Positions 40,658 through 50,974 of a stretch of 64,000 nucleotides of DNA are shown piece by piece. The stretch comes from an uncultured Pelagibacteraceae bacterium (GTDB lineage: Bacteria > Pseudomonadota > Alphaproteobacteria > Pelagibacterales > Pelagibacteraceae): the NCBI GenBank assembly GCA_902612235.1, contig CACMCJ010000004.1, positions 5,314 through 69,313 on the forward strand, written 5' to 3'. Each line of letters opens with the position of its first letter. Position 1 is the stretch's first letter. The notes beneath the pieces are model-generated. The model worked only from the letters and a program-made list of their open reading frames with translations. It was not told the origin of the DNA and searched no databases. The position numbers and the translations under genes are program-made.

Positions 40658-41538
40658 TAATAATGAACCTTTCTCTCTATATACTTAAATTGAATTACAG
40701 TTAAGATTCCTACTAATACTAAAAGAATTACAGACTGGGCTGCACTAGATCCAAGGTCTTGACTCACAAAACCATCTGAAAACACTTTATATACAAGTAT
40801 TGTGGTTGATTGTTCAGGTCCACCCGAAGTTATTGTGTGTATTACCCCAAAAGTATCAAAGAAAGCGTAAACAATATTTACTACTAATAAAAAGAATGTA
40901 ATTGGAGATAGAAGAGGAATTACAATTGTTCCAAATCTTTTCCAAAAACTAGCACCGTCTATTGCTGCTGCCTCAATAATTGATTTTGGAATAGCTTGTA
41001 GTCCTGCTAAAAAAAATAAAAAATTATAACTTATTCTTCCCCATGAAGAAGCTAAGATAACCAGAAACATCGCTTGATCTCCATTTAAGGTATGATTCCA
41101 TTCATAGCCTAGAGCTTTAAGATAATAAGAGGCTAAACCTATATTTCCGTTGAACATGAATAGCCATAAAACTCCTGCAATCGCTGGTGCAATTGCGTAA
41201 GGCCAAATTAATAATGTTTGATAAACACCCGCGCCTTTAATTAATCGGTCCGCAAGAGCAGCTAAATACAGACCTATAGCCATCGATGAGACTGATACGG
41301 CTGTAGAAAAAATAATTGTAGTCTTAAAACTAGCCAAATAATAAGGATCGGATAATAAAAATCTAAAATTATCTAAACCTACAAATTCTGTTTTTAATCC
41401 AAAAGGGTCAGGTAAAAATAAAGAATTCCAAATTGCTTGGCCTGATGGATAAAAGAAAAAAATAAAAGAAATAATTAGTTGTGGTGCAACTAACATAACT
41501 GGTAATAGCCAGCCTTTAAAAAATACTCTCTTTTCCAT
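40657..41538 (-). CDS. ugpA: Glycerol-3-phosphate ABC transporter permease
   Basis: LIWPYA, YNFLFFLAGLQ, EAAAIDGA, SAAQS. Confidence 0.93.
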   Translation of the reverse strand: MEKRVFFKGWLLPVMLVAPQLIISFIFFFYPSGQAIWNSLFLPDPFGLKTEFVGLDNFRFLLSDPYYLASFKTTIIFSTAVSVSSMAIGLYLAALADRLIKGAGVYQTLLIWPYAIAPAIAGVLWLFMFNGNIGLASYYLKALGYEWNHTLNGDQAMFLVILASSWGRISYNFLFFLAGLQAIPKSIIEAAAIDGASFWKRFGTIVIPLLSPITFFLLVVNIVYAFFDTFGVIHTITSGGPEQSTTILVYKVFSDGFVSQDLGSSAAQSVILLVLVGILTVIQFKYIERKVHY

Positions 41539-41553
41539 TTGATAGTAAAAAGC

Positions 41554-41579
41554 ATTCTAGGGGTTTTCACCCCTAGAAT
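41554..41579 (-). terminator. Intercistronic hairpin after ugpB
   Basis: ATTCTAGGGG-TGAAAA-CCCCTAGAAT then GCTTTTT. Confidence 0.75.
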
Positions 41580-41590
41580 ATTAAATCGAT

Positions 41591-42904
41591 TTAATTATTA
41601 GCTCTTTCAAATCTTCTTAAAAGAACATTACCTCTTTTTACAGCACTATCTAAAGCTACTTGAGCAGTTTTCTTACCGCTGTAAACTCCTTCCATCTCCT
41701 CATCGATAATTCCTCTTATCTGATCAAAAGATCCAAGACGTAATCCTTTAGAGTTTTGAGTTACTTTATTTCTCATCATCTGTATTCCAGCTAAATCAGT
41801 TCCAGGATTATCTTTGTAGAAACCTGAGCTTTTAGTTTTTTTAGCAGCAGCAGTTGTAACACCTAGATAACCAGTGTCCTGATGCCACTTAGCTTGAATA
41901 TCAGTTCTAGATAGGAAAGCTAAAAATGCAGCTGTTCCTTTATTCTCCTCAGCAGATTTTCCTGAGAGAGCCCATAAAGATGAACCTCCAATAATTGTAT
42001 TCTGAGGTGCTTCTGTTCCACCGTAGTAAGGTAAGTGTCTGATACCAAATTCAAATTTCGCTTGCTTTTTAATACCAGCATAACCAGCAGATGACTCTGT
42101 CATTAACATACACTCGCCGGCTCTAAAGTTCTTACCAGCTTCGTTCCTTCTGCCCATGTATTTAAATTTACCTTCTTGTGCCCATTTACCTAAAGTTTGA
42201 ATATGTTTTATGTGAACTGGGCTGTTGAAAGCTAACTCAGTATCTAAACCAGCAAATCCATTAGCTTTAGTTGCAAATGGTATATTATGATAAGCTGAAA
42301 AGTTTTCTAAATGGACCCACGAGTGCCAACAAGTGCAAAACGGCATATCAATGCCCTTAGCTTTTGCAGCATCAAGTGCGTTTCCAACTCTTTTCCAAGT
42401 ACTTAAATCCATTTCTGGATCTAAACCTGCTTTTTTCATCAAATCTTTATTAACCCATAGAACTGGTGTTGAAGAGTTATATGGCATAGATAACATTTTG
42501 CCGTCGGTTGTAGTGTAGTAACCACTAACTGCCGACACGAATCCTTTAGGATTAAATTTTTGGCCAGCATCTTTCATCAGTTGGTACATTGGAACATAGG
42601 CTCCCTTAGCTGCCATCAAACTGGCAGTTCCTACTTCAAATACCATAAGTATGTTTGGATGTTGCCCAGCTCTAAAAGCTGCGATACCAGCATTTAAAGT
42701 TTCTGAGTAGTTACCTTTTCGAGTATGCACAACTGTGTACTTGTCTTGGCTTGCATTAAACTTGTTTACTTGTTCATCAAGTAATTCTCCAAGTCTTCCA
42801 CCAAAAGCATGCCACCATTGTATTTCTGTTTTTGCTTGAGCAGCAGTTCCTGCAAACATTGCAAAAAGTGCTATCGAGCAAATCAATGCTTTTAATTGTT
42901 TCAT
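41591..42904 (-). CDS. ugpB: Glycerol-3-phosphate ABC transporter substrate-binding protein (start ATG 42904)
   Basis: RBS GGGGGA, signal peptide, IQWWHA, FEVGTA, PYNSSTP, PQNTIIGG, WHQ.TGY. Confidence 0.93.
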   Translation of the reverse strand: MKQLKALICSIALFAMFAGTAAQAKTEIQWWHAFGGRLGELLDEQVNKFNASQDKYTVVHTRKGNYSETLNAGIAAFRAGQHPNILMVFEVGTASLMAAKGAYVPMYQLMKDAGQKFNPKGFVSAVSGYYTTTDGKMLSMPYNSSTPVLWVNKDLMKKAGLDPEMDLSTWKRVGNALDAAKAKGIDMPFCTCWHSWVHLENFSAYHNIPFATKANGFAGLDTELAFNSPVHIKHIQTLGKWAQEGKFKYMGRRNEAGKNFRAGECMLMTESSAGYAGIKKQAKFEFGIRHLPYYGGTEAPQNTIIGGSSLWALSGKSAEENKGTAAFLAFLSRTDIQAKWHQDTGYLGVTTAAAKKTKSSGFYKDNPGTDLAGIQMMRNKVTQNSKGLRLGSFDQIRGIIDEEMEGVYSGKKTAQVALDSAVKRGNVLLRRFERANN

Positions 42905-43000
42905 TGTATTTCCCCCAATTGTTCTTAATTTTAAAAAAGCTAGCATAAAAAAAATATAATGAGGAGTCTGATTATTTATTTTAAGATTCTAGTGTAGGTT

Positions 43001-43345
43001 TTATTTTACTTTTCCAAAAGTGTTTAAAAGGACAACTCCAAAAATAATTAGTATCAAACCAACGATTCCATAAAGATTTGGAGTTTGATTATATTTTAAG
43101 ACGCCAAACAAAGTTACTGCTGTAATTGTTAAAGCTCCATAAGTCGCATATGTAAAACCTACCGGTATTACACTCATAGCTTTTGAGAGACAAAATATAC
43201 AAACAAACATATTTGCTACAACGAAAAGAGTTGGCCCAAGTTTAGTAAATCCCTCGGTAGTTTTTAAAAAACTATTAGAACAAATACCAGTTAAGACGGC
43301 TGCAATTAAAAAAATATATCCTGATAATAAACTTATACTTTTCAT
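43001..43345 (-). CDS. SMR/DMT-family small transporter
   Basis: Four TM segments, K..EGFTK..P, IPVG..YA; the usual TM1 Glu is not seen. Confidence 0.75.
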   Translation of the reverse strand: MKSISLLSGYIFLIAAVLTGICSNSFLKTTEGFTKLGPTLFVVANMFVCIFCLSKAMSVIPVGFTYATYGALTITAVTLFGVLKYNQTPNLYGIVGLILIIFGVVLLNTFGKVK

Positions 43346-44286
43346 TTTATTTTTGCGAATTGTCCACCATCTCTATATCTCCATAACCATTTTTTCATAG
43401 CTTGCTCAACGTCTGATGGTTTTATATTAAGATCTTTTAATGTTAAGTGTTCATTTGAAACGACATTATCACTTTCCGATAAAATCTCACATTGATCACG
43501 AGTTAGTATCGGAGGGATAGGAAGTAAACTTAAAATACTACTCTGTATTTTTGCTATAGGCATTGGCATTTCTATAACAAATCTTTTTTTATTTAGTGTT
43601 TTCATAATTGACTTGACCATATCACCGAAACTTATGACTTGCGGCCCTCCTATTTCATAAATTTTACCATTATTATTTTTAACTTCTATTGCCTTTACAA
43701 TTGCATCAACAACATCTGAAACTAAGATTGGTTGGAACTTATAATTTATTCCAACAACAGGAATGATAGGGAAAAAACTTAATTTAGAAAATAAATTTGT
43801 AAAGTTATCTTCGGTGCCACACACTACACTTGGTCTCACTATTACAGTATTTTTAAAATTTTCTAGTGCACTTAACTCCCCTTTAAATTTAGATCTTTGG
43901 TATAAAGATTTTGAATTACCATTTGCACCTATCGCGCTGACATGAATAAATTTTTTTACATCTGATTTAGCGCAAATTTTTGCAATAGCCTCGGGTATAT
44001 CGCAATGAATTTTCATAAATTTTTGTTTTCTAGTTTCAAAAAGTATTCCAATTAAATTAATTACAATATCTGAATTATTGATTGATTCTTTTATTTCATC
44101 AAAATTATTAGGATTCCAATTTATTAATTCTATCGAACCAGGATTTGCTTGTGTCTTTAAATATCCTTTTTGGAAGGTGTTTCTAGTGGATATTATGCAT
44201 CTATAGTTTTTCTTGGTCAAATTTCGAACAAGATATCTTCCTATAAAACCACCACCACCTAAAATTGTGCAAATTTGATTTTTCAT
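43342..44286 (-). CDS. NDUFA9-like NAD-dependent epimerase/SDR
   Basis: GGGGFIG, INLIGIL, VSAIGA, Y..SK, RPS, FQPI.V.DV. Confidence 0.85.
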   Translation of the reverse strand: MKNQICTILGGGGFIGRYLVRNLTKKNYRCIISTRNTFQKGYLKTQANPGSIELINWNPNNFDEIKESINNSDIVINLIGILFETRKQKFMKIHCDIPEAIAKICAKSDVKKFIHVSAIGANGNSKSLYQRSKFKGELSALENFKNTVIVRPSVVCGTEDNFTNLFSKLSFFPIIPVVGINYKFQPILVSDVVDAIVKAIEVKNNNGKIYEIGGPQVISFGDMVKSIMKTLNKKRFVIEMPMPIAKIQSSILSLLPIPPILTRDQCEILSESDNVVSNEHLTLKDLNIKPSDVEQAMKKWLWRYRDGGQFAKIK

Positions 44287-44306
44287 GGTATTTAGTAAAC
44301 TTATAT

Positions 44307-44930
44307 ATGAAAATAATTAAGATAAAAGAGGACATAACTTCAGAAATAGCTAATTCGTTTAAAAACAGTATCTCTTTAGATGTAGAAGCCACTGGATTAC
44401 AAATACCTGAAAGAGATAAATTAAGCCTAATTCAAATTTGTGATGAAAAACAAAATGTTTTTATTATCCAACCAAACAAAAAAACTTATAAGGCGCCGAA
44501 TTTGGTGTCAGTTTTAGAAAATGATAAAATTTTAAAGATAGGTCATTTTCTTAGATTCGATAAGAGTGCATTAGAATTTTTTTTAAAATGTGAACTAAAA
44601 AACTTTTTTGATACAAAAATAGCTTCCAAGATAGTAAGGACTTATACAGATGCACACGGACTTAAAAACTTAGTGCAAGAATTTTGTAATAAGACCTTGG
44701 ATAAACGCCAAAGTAGTAGTGACTGGAACAAAGATATAGATGATTTGACTGATAAACAGTTAGAGTACGCTGCTAACGACGTAATCTATTTACATAAAAT
44801 TAAGTCAGAATTAGAAAAAATGTTACTAAGAGAAAATCGAATGGATCTATTTAAAAAATGTATTAAGTTTTTAAATACAAGAATCGAATTAGATCAAAAT
44901 GGTTTTAAATTTGATATTTTTGAGCATTAA
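44307..44930 (+). CDS. RNase D-family 3'-5' exonuclease (short, NrnC-like); start ATG 44307
   Basis: DVEATGL, HF.RFD, DTKIAS, RTYTDAHGL, SSDW, YAANDV. Confidence 0.85.
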   Translation: MKIIKIKEDITSEIANSFKNSISLDVEATGLQIPERDKLSLIQICDEKQNVFIIQPNKKTYKAPNLVSVLENDKILKIGHFLRFDKSALEFFLKCELKNFFDTKIASKIVRTYTDAHGLKNLVQEFCNKTLDKRQSSSDWNKDIDDLTDKQLEYAANDVIYLHKIKSELEKMLLRENRMDLFKKCIKFLNTRIELDQNGFKFDIFEH

Positions 44931-45907
44931 TGAATAAAAATAATTACATAAATCTAGCAAAAAAATCAGCAAATCTTCAAATTAATGAATTAAAAAAAAT
45001 ATCAAAAGTTTTTAACAAGTCTTTTATAAGAGCTGTAGATCTTATTCTAAATTGTAAAGGAAAAGTTATTTTTGCTGGAATTGGAAAATCTGGATTAATA
45101 GCGAGAAAAATCTCTGCAACATTTTCAAGCATAGGTATACCAAGTTTTTTTTGTGATCCTGCACAAGCCCTACACGGAGACATGGGTCAAATGGAAAAAA
45201 AAGATATTTTAATTATTTTTTCTTATTCAGGAAATACTTCAGAATTATCTAATATGCTTAAGTACGCTAACCGTTTCAGAATAAAAATTATCGGTGTAGC
45301 GTCGAAAGCTGATAGTTTATTATTAAAAGCAAGTGATATAAAAATTTTACTCCCTAAAGTAAAAGAATCAGACATTACCGGTATGGTACCAACATCTAGT
45401 ACCTCTATCACCATGTTACTAGGAGATTGTTTAGCAACAACAGTGATGGTTAAAAGAAAGTTTTCGAAAGAAAAATTTAAAATTTATCACCCAGGTGGAA
45501 ACATAGGTGGGTCTCTTTTGTTAGCAAAAGATATAATGATTACGGGAAAGAAACTGCCACTAATAAAAGTAAATAGTAAATTAAGTGAAGGTTTAAAAAC
45601 AATGAATAAAAAAAATTTTGGAATTATTGTGGCTGTAAAGGGGAAGTATATTAAAGGACTTGTAACAGATGGAGATTTAAGAAGAGAAATTAAATTTATT
45701 TCCAAAGATACAAGAATTCAGAAAATAATGACTAAAAAACCATTATTTGTTAATGAAAATATGCCGGCTAGCAAAGCTTTATCTATAATGAACGAAAAAA
45801 AGATCACTAGTTTACTTGTTGTTTCTGATAATGATTTCAAGAAAAAAAATAAAAAGTTAATTGGAATTATACATATCCATTCTTTATTAAATTATGGGCT
45901 TAAATGA
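44930..45907 (+). CDS. kdsD: Arabinose-5-phosphate isomerase (KpsF/GutQ)
   Basis: GIGKSG, HGDMG, SYSG, PTSS, HPGG, CBS pair. Confidence 0.93.
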   Translation: MNKNNYINLAKKSANLQINELKKISKVFNKSFIRAVDLILNCKGKVIFAGIGKSGLIARKISATFSSIGIPSFFCDPAQALHGDMGQMEKKDILIIFSYSGNTSELSNMLKYANRFRIKIIGVASKADSLLLKASDIKILLPKVKESDITGMVPTSSTSITMLLGDCLATTVMVKRKFSKEKFKIYHPGGNIGGSLLLAKDIMITGKKLPLIKVNSKLSEGLKTMNKKNFGIIVAVKGKYIKGLVTDGDLRREIKFISKDTRIQKIMTKKPLFVNENMPASKALSIMNEKKITSLLVVSDNDFKKKNKKLIGIIHIHSLLNYGLK

Positions 45908-46509
45908 TTAATAGAAAAAAAAAACTGAGATTAATTCAAATTAGTTTGCTTGTCATTGGGATATTAATTATTTTTGGGACTTACTATAAAAAAGATAATT
46001 CTACAGTTTACAATGATAATTCAGAAACTATCAAAAAAAGCACACAAAGCAAAAAAGGATCAAGCACTGAAGAAAGTGATATTTTTTTTAATATTGAATA
46101 CACAGGATTAGATCTTAATGGCAATAGATATATTTTACAGTCTAAAGAAGCAAAATTAGATGAGAAAAAACCTGATATAGTTTACATGAAGGATGTTCAT
46201 GCAAAATTTTATTTTAAAGATGATACTATACTCTCCGTGTGGTCTGATGCTGGAATTTACAATAATAAAACTTTAGATATGCAATTTACCGACAACGTTA
46301 AGGCAGAATACCTTTTGAGTAAACTTTTTGCTAACAAAGCAAATTATTCGAACTCAGAAAACTTCTTAAGTATCGATGAAAATGTGAGAATTAATAGTGA
46401 AAATGGAGATCTGATTGCAGATAAATTATTATTTGATATAAAAAAGCAGAATTTAGATATTACCTCCTTTAAAGGTAACAAAGTAAATGCTAATTTAAAA
46501 CTAAACTAG
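45904..46509 (+). CDS. lptC: LPS export protein LptC
   Basis: N-terminal TM, YTG.D..G..Y, beta-rich body; between kdsD and lptB. Confidence 0.75.
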   Translation: MINRKKKLRLIQISLLVIGILIIFGTYYKKDNSTVYNDNSETIKKSTQSKKGSSTEESDIFFNIEYTGLDLNGNRYILQSKEAKLDEKKPDIVYMKDVHAKFYFKDDTILSVWSDAGIYNNKTLDMQFTDNVKAEYLLSKLFANKANYSNSENFLSIDENVRINSENGDLIADKLLFDIKKQNLDITSFKGNKVNANLKLN

Positions 46510-47265
46510 ATGAAAAAAGGTTTTAGAATATTAAAGTTTAAAAAAGATAAACCCCTTTTTGAGGTTAAAGATATCAGTAAATCTTTTGATGGTAGACCTA
46601 TACTAAAAAAATTATCTCTAAAAGTTTATCCTGGGGAATGTGTTGGTATACTTGGGCCCAACGGATGTGGAAAAACAACTTTATTTTCAATGTGTATTGG
46701 TGAACAACAACCAGACAGTGGAAAAATTTTTCTTAACAATAAAGCTATTGATCAAATACCAATTCATTTAAGATCAAAAGAAGGGTTAGGGTATTTACCT
46801 CAGCAGAGAAGCATTTTTAATATGTCAGTTTATGACAACTTATTAGGTATAGCTCAAATAAGTATAAAGGGTGCAGACAAACAAAAAATGATAACAGAAA
46901 AATTACTCGATGAATTTAATTTACAACATCTTAGACAACTTAATGCATCAGTATTATCTGGAGGTGAGATAAGAAGATTAATGATGGCACGACTTATGAT
47001 AAATAAACCTAAAATAGTTTTACTCGATGAACCTTTGCAGGCTTTAGATCCAATTGTGATTCAGGACATACAAAAATATATTCTTAAAATTCAAAATATG
47101 GGCGTTTCAATCTTGATAACTGACCACGCTGTAAAAAATTTATTTGATATCACTGATAGATCTTATGTTTTAGGCGAGCAATCAGTTATTGCTGAAGGCA
47201 CATCTAGAGAATTACTCAAATCTTCGAAAGCTATAGCAACTTATTTTGGTTCAAATTTTTCATAA
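46510..47265 (+). CDS. lptB: LPS export ABC ATPase
   Basis: GPNGCGKTT, GYLPQ..SIF, LSGGE, LLDEP, LITDH. Confidence 0.9.
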   Translation: MKKGFRILKFKKDKPLFEVKDISKSFDGRPILKKLSLKVYPGECVGILGPNGCGKTTLFSMCIGEQQPDSGKIFLNNKAIDQIPIHLRSKEGLGYLPQQRSIFNMSVYDNLLGIAQISIKGADKQKMITEKLLDEFNLQHLRQLNASVLSGGEIRRLMMARLMINKPKIVLLDEPLQALDPIVIQDIQKYILKIQNMGVSILITDHAVKNLFDITDRSYVLGEQSVIAEGTSRELLKSSKAIATYFGSNFS

Positions 47266-47267
47266 GG

Positions 47268-48617
47268 TTGATGCATATTCAAAGCTTTTCAATAGAAAAT
47301 GATTTTAAAATAAAACCTTTTAAGAAATTAATAACTGTAGACTCTGATAAATCTTTATCAATCAGAAGTTTTTTATTTGGTGCTATTTCACAAGGCATAT
47401 CAAAAACCTCTAACACTCTAGAGTCTCATGATGTCTACGATACAATAAAAAATCTTAGAAAACTCGGTGTCAAAATTAAGAAGATTTCACCAAAGTCTTA
47501 TTTAATTTATGGAAAGGGCTTAGGGTCATTAGTAGCGAAGAAAAATTTAAAACTTAATTTTGGAAATTCCGGGACTTTAGCCCGATTATTAACTGGTATC
47601 TTATCTACAACTCCCGATATAGAGATAAATGTTATGGGGGACAAATCTCTAAATAAAAGAAATATGAAAAAACTAATTGAACTAATGTCTGAGTTTGGTG
47701 CAGAGTTTTTTCCAAAAAATAAATTTAATTTTCCATTAAAATTAATTTCTTCAGAAATTCCTATTGGTATAAAATATAATTCGGGTGTTTCTGCTCAGTT
47801 AAAAAGTGCTGTGATGCTAGCTGGATTAAACTCCTATGGAATCACAGAAATAAAAGAGAAAGAGATAAGTAGGGATCATTCTGAAAATTTACTTATTAAA
47901 AATTTTGACTCAGTCAAAGTTAAAAAGAAACCTATAAAGCTAATAAAAATATTTGGTAAAAAGCAACTAACTCCTATTGATATAAAAATTCCGGGCGATC
48001 CATCTTCTGCAGCCTTTTTTACTGCTCTCACTCTTTTAAGTAAAAATTCATATTTGATTGTTAAAAACGTTGGTTTAAATCCAACAAGAATTGGTTTTTA
48101 TGAGTTATTAAAAAAACATAAGGCAAATATAAAGTTTAAAAATAAGAAAAAAAAACATAATGAACTTTTTGGTGATATACACATCAAAAGTTCAAAGCTG
48201 GCACCTTTAAAAGCATCTAAGAAATATTATGTAAAGTCAACTGACGAGTACCCCATATTATTTGTAATAGCTGCTTTAACGAATGGAAGATCAGTCTTTA
48301 AAGGTATTGGAGACCTGGCAAATAAGGAAAGTAATAGAATTAAAGAAATGCAAAAAGTGTTAAGGCAAATTGGGATAAAAAGTGAAGTAAAAAAAAATGA
48401 GGTAAAAATTTATGGAAATGCTTCCATAGAAAAAGTTAATAAAACGATTTATGTACCAAATCTTGGAGATCATAGAATTTGTATGTCAACTTTTATCCTA
48501 TCTTCGTTAACTGGGATAAAAACTAAAATAAAAAATTTTGAGACTGTATTTACATCCGCACCATCTTTTTTAAATATCATTAAACAGTTAGGAGGCAAAT
48601 TTGAAATTAAAAAATAA
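47268..48617 (+). CDS. aroA: EPSP synthase
   Basis: DKSLSIR, GNSGT, SAQLKS, RDHSE, PGDPSSA, KESNR, DHRI. Confidence 0.95.
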   Translation: MMHIQSFSIENDFKIKPFKKLITVDSDKSLSIRSFLFGAISQGISKTSNTLESHDVYDTIKNLRKLGVKIKKISPKSYLIYGKGLGSLVAKKNLKLNFGNSGTLARLLTGILSTTPDIEINVMGDKSLNKRNMKKLIELMSEFGAEFFPKNKFNFPLKLISSEIPIGIKYNSGVSAQLKSAVMLAGLNSYGITEIKEKEISRDHSENLLIKNFDSVKVKKKPIKLIKIFGKKQLTPIDIKIPGDPSSAAFFTALTLLSKNSYLIVKNVGLNPTRIGFYELLKKHKANIKFKNKKKKHNELFGDIHIKSSKLAPLKASKKYYVKSTDEYPILFVIAALTNGRSVFKGIGDLANKESNRIKEMQKVLRQIGIKSEVKKNEVKIYGNASIEKVNKTIYVPNLGDHRICMSTFILSSLTGIKTKIKNFETVFTSAPSFLNIIKQLGGKFEIKK

Positions 48618-49257
48618 GATTTTTCAAATTGCCTGTGACGGGGGTGCAGCTACTGGTAAATCGACTGGAGGTAAGCTAATCGCAAAAAAATTTGATCTAA
48701 AATTTTTATCATCTGGTTTACTTTATCGTTATGCTAGTTATCTATTAATAAAAAATAACCCTAAAAATACAATAAGTTTTCTTAGAAAAAGATTTAAGAA
48801 GTTAAAATATAAAAAATTAAAAGAAATAAACTTACATACTGTTAAAATATCAGAAAATAGTGCAATTATAGCGAAAAATCCTAATATAAGAAAAATCTTA
48901 AAAGTTTATCAGACTAATTTTGCGAAAAAAAATAAGATGTGTTGTATAGAGGGAAGAGATATTTCAACAAAAATCTTACCTCGCTCCGACGTAAAGTTTT
49001 TTTTTAAATGTAATATTAATACTGCGGCAATTCGAAGATTTAAAGAGCTTAGGAAAAAAAATAATAAAATTTCTTTAAAGGAAGTAAAAAAAGCCCTTAG
49101 AATAAGAAATAATCATGACATCAAAAGAAAAAACAGTCCTTTACTCAAACATAGAGATGCGATAGAAATCGACACTGCAAAATTAAACAAGAAGGCAATG
49201 CTAGTGAAAATGACAAAGTATGTTAACAAAGTTATAAAAAAAAAGTATGTCAACTGA
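48601..49257 (+). CDS. cmk: Cytidylate kinase
   Basis: DGGAATGKST, SGLLYR, EGRDI; aroA-cmk-rpsA order. Confidence 0.92.
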   Translation: MKLKNKIFQIACDGGAATGKSTGGKLIAKKFDLKFLSSGLLYRYASYLLIKNNPKNTISFLRKRFKKLKYKKLKEINLHTVKISENSAIIAKNPNIRKILKVYQTNFAKKNKMCCIEGRDISTKILPRSDVKFFFKCNINTAAIRRFKELRKKNNKISLKEVKKALRIRNNHDIKRKNSPLLKHRDAIEIDTAKLNKKAMLVKMTKYVNKVIKKKYVN

Positions 49258-50974
49258 ACAAGAATTAAAAAAAGCTAATCCATTATATAAGGAGTTTCAA
49301 AATCTCCTTGACGAAGACTTCAAAGACAGAAAGCTAAAAGAAAACGAAATCATAAAAGCTACAGTTACAGAAATAACTAAAAACTTTATCGTGGTTGATT
49401 GTAAAGCCAAAATGGAAGGTATGATTCCTGTAGAAGAGTTTAAAAACGACAATGAGTTAACTAAATTGAAGATTGGATCATCTATTGATGTTTACTTAGA
49501 GCGAATTGAAAGTTTCAAAGGTGAAATTGTTATTTCAAGAGATAAAGCTAGAAAAATGAAAGCGTGGAAAAAAATGGAAAAAGTCTTTGAAACTCAAGAA
49601 GAACTTACAGGGTATATCACTGGAAAGGTAAAAGGCGGTTTTATAGCAAATGTTGAAGGTTTACCATGCTTCATGCCATCCTCTCAGATCGACGTTCGAC
49701 CTTTAAAGAAAATTGATCATTTAATGAATACTCCAATAAAAGTCATTGCGACAAGAATAGATAAAAATCGTGGTAACGTTTGTGTATCAAGAAGGGCAGT
49801 TTTAGAGAAAAGTAAAAATGCTGAGATAACTGAAGCATTAAAAAATATTAAAGAAGGTGATATAATTGAAGATGCAGTAGTAAAAACAACAACAGACTGG
49901 GGTATATTTCTAGACATTAATGGAATCGATGCTCTTCTTCACGTGTCGGATTTAAGTCATGGGAGAGTAAAGAAACCGTCAGATTTAGTAACCATTGGTC
50001 AAAAATTAAAAGTTAAGATTGCAAAAATAGATCCTAAAACAAATAGAGTTTCCGCATCAGTAAAAGCTTTGACAGAAGATCCTTATTCAAATATCGAAAA
50101 GAAATATAAAGTAGGTAATATTTATGAAGGAACTGTAACTAAAATTATGGATTATGGGTGTTTCGTAAGAATTGAGGAAGGTATAGAGGGATTAATTCAT
50201 AATTCAGAATTAGATTGGACAAACAGAAATATTAAACCTAGTAAAGTTCTTTCAACATCACAAAAAATTAAATTCAAAATTGTTAATATTGAAAAAGAAA
50301 CAAAAAGAATTTCATTGTCTTACAAAGCAACGTTAGAAAATCCTTGGAACAAAATTCAAGAAAAAGTCGGTAAAGAGGTTAAAATTAAGATTAATAATAT
50401 TACAGATAAGGCAATATTTGCTGAACTTGTTGAGTCTGGTTTAAGCGGCATGCTGCATTACAAAGAGATCTCTTATGACGAAAACATTGAAGATCTTAAA
50501 AAATTCAAAAAAAACGATCTTATTAATGTGAAGATAATTGAAATTAAAGACAACAAAATAAGGTTTTCTAAAAGAGCGCTAGATAAAGATCCTTTGGACT
50601 GGTTTAAAGATAATAAGAAGAAAGTAGGCGACATTATTACTACTAGAATTCATGAAGTTTTAAAAACTGGAGTAAAAGTAACAATAGATAAAGATAAAAA
50701 ATTAATTTTTACGATTAGAAAAGCAGATATGGCTAAGGACTCAGCAGACGCAAGACCAGAAGTATTTTCATCAGGAAATGCACTAGATGCAAAAATAACT
50801 GAACTAGATCTTAAAAGTAGAAAGGTAAAATTAAGTGTAAAAGCTGCTCAAATAGATGAAGAAAAATCATTAATTGCAAAATTCGGGGAGGGAGCAACAA
50901 AATCAGGTGCTACTCTAAAAGGTATATTTGAGAAAGCCCTAGGAAATAAAAAGAAAAAAAAAGAAGATAAATAA
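49247..50974 (+). CDS. rpsA: 30S ribosomal protein S1
   Basis: Tandem S1 domains (FMPSSQID, LLHVSD, GLIHNSE). Confidence 0.97.
   Translation: MSTEQELKKANPLYKEFQNLLDEDFKDRKLKENEIIKATVTEITKNFIVVDCKAKMEGMIPVEEFKNDNELTKLKIGSSIDVYLERIESFKGEIVISRDKARKMKAWKKMEKVFETQEELTGYITGKVKGGFIANVEGLPCFMPSSQIDVRPLKKIDHLMNTPIKVIATRIDKNRGNVCVSRRAVLEKSKNAEITEALKNIKEGDIIEDAVVKTTTDWGIFLDINGIDALLHVSDLSHGRVKKPSDLVTIGQKLKVKIAKIDPKTNRVSASVKALTEDPYSNIEKKYKVGNIYEGTVTKIMDYGCFVRIEEGIEGLIHNSELDWTNRNIKPSKVLSTSQKIKFKIVNIEKETKRISLSYKATLENPWNKIQEKVGKEVKIKINNITDKAIFAELVESGLSGMLHYKEISYDENIEDLKKFKKNDLINVKIIEIKDNKIRFSKRALDKDPLDWFKDNKKKVGDIITTRIHEVLKTGVKVTIDKDKKLIFTIRKADMAKDSADARPEVFSSGNALDAKITELDLKSRKVKLSVKAAQIDEEKSLIAKFGEGATKSGATLKGIFEKALGNKKKKKEDK

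Noticed and set aside
42905-43000. Pho box upstream of ugpB
   Set aside because: No convincing 11-bp-period match to the pstS/plcP motif, so ugp may be regulated differently
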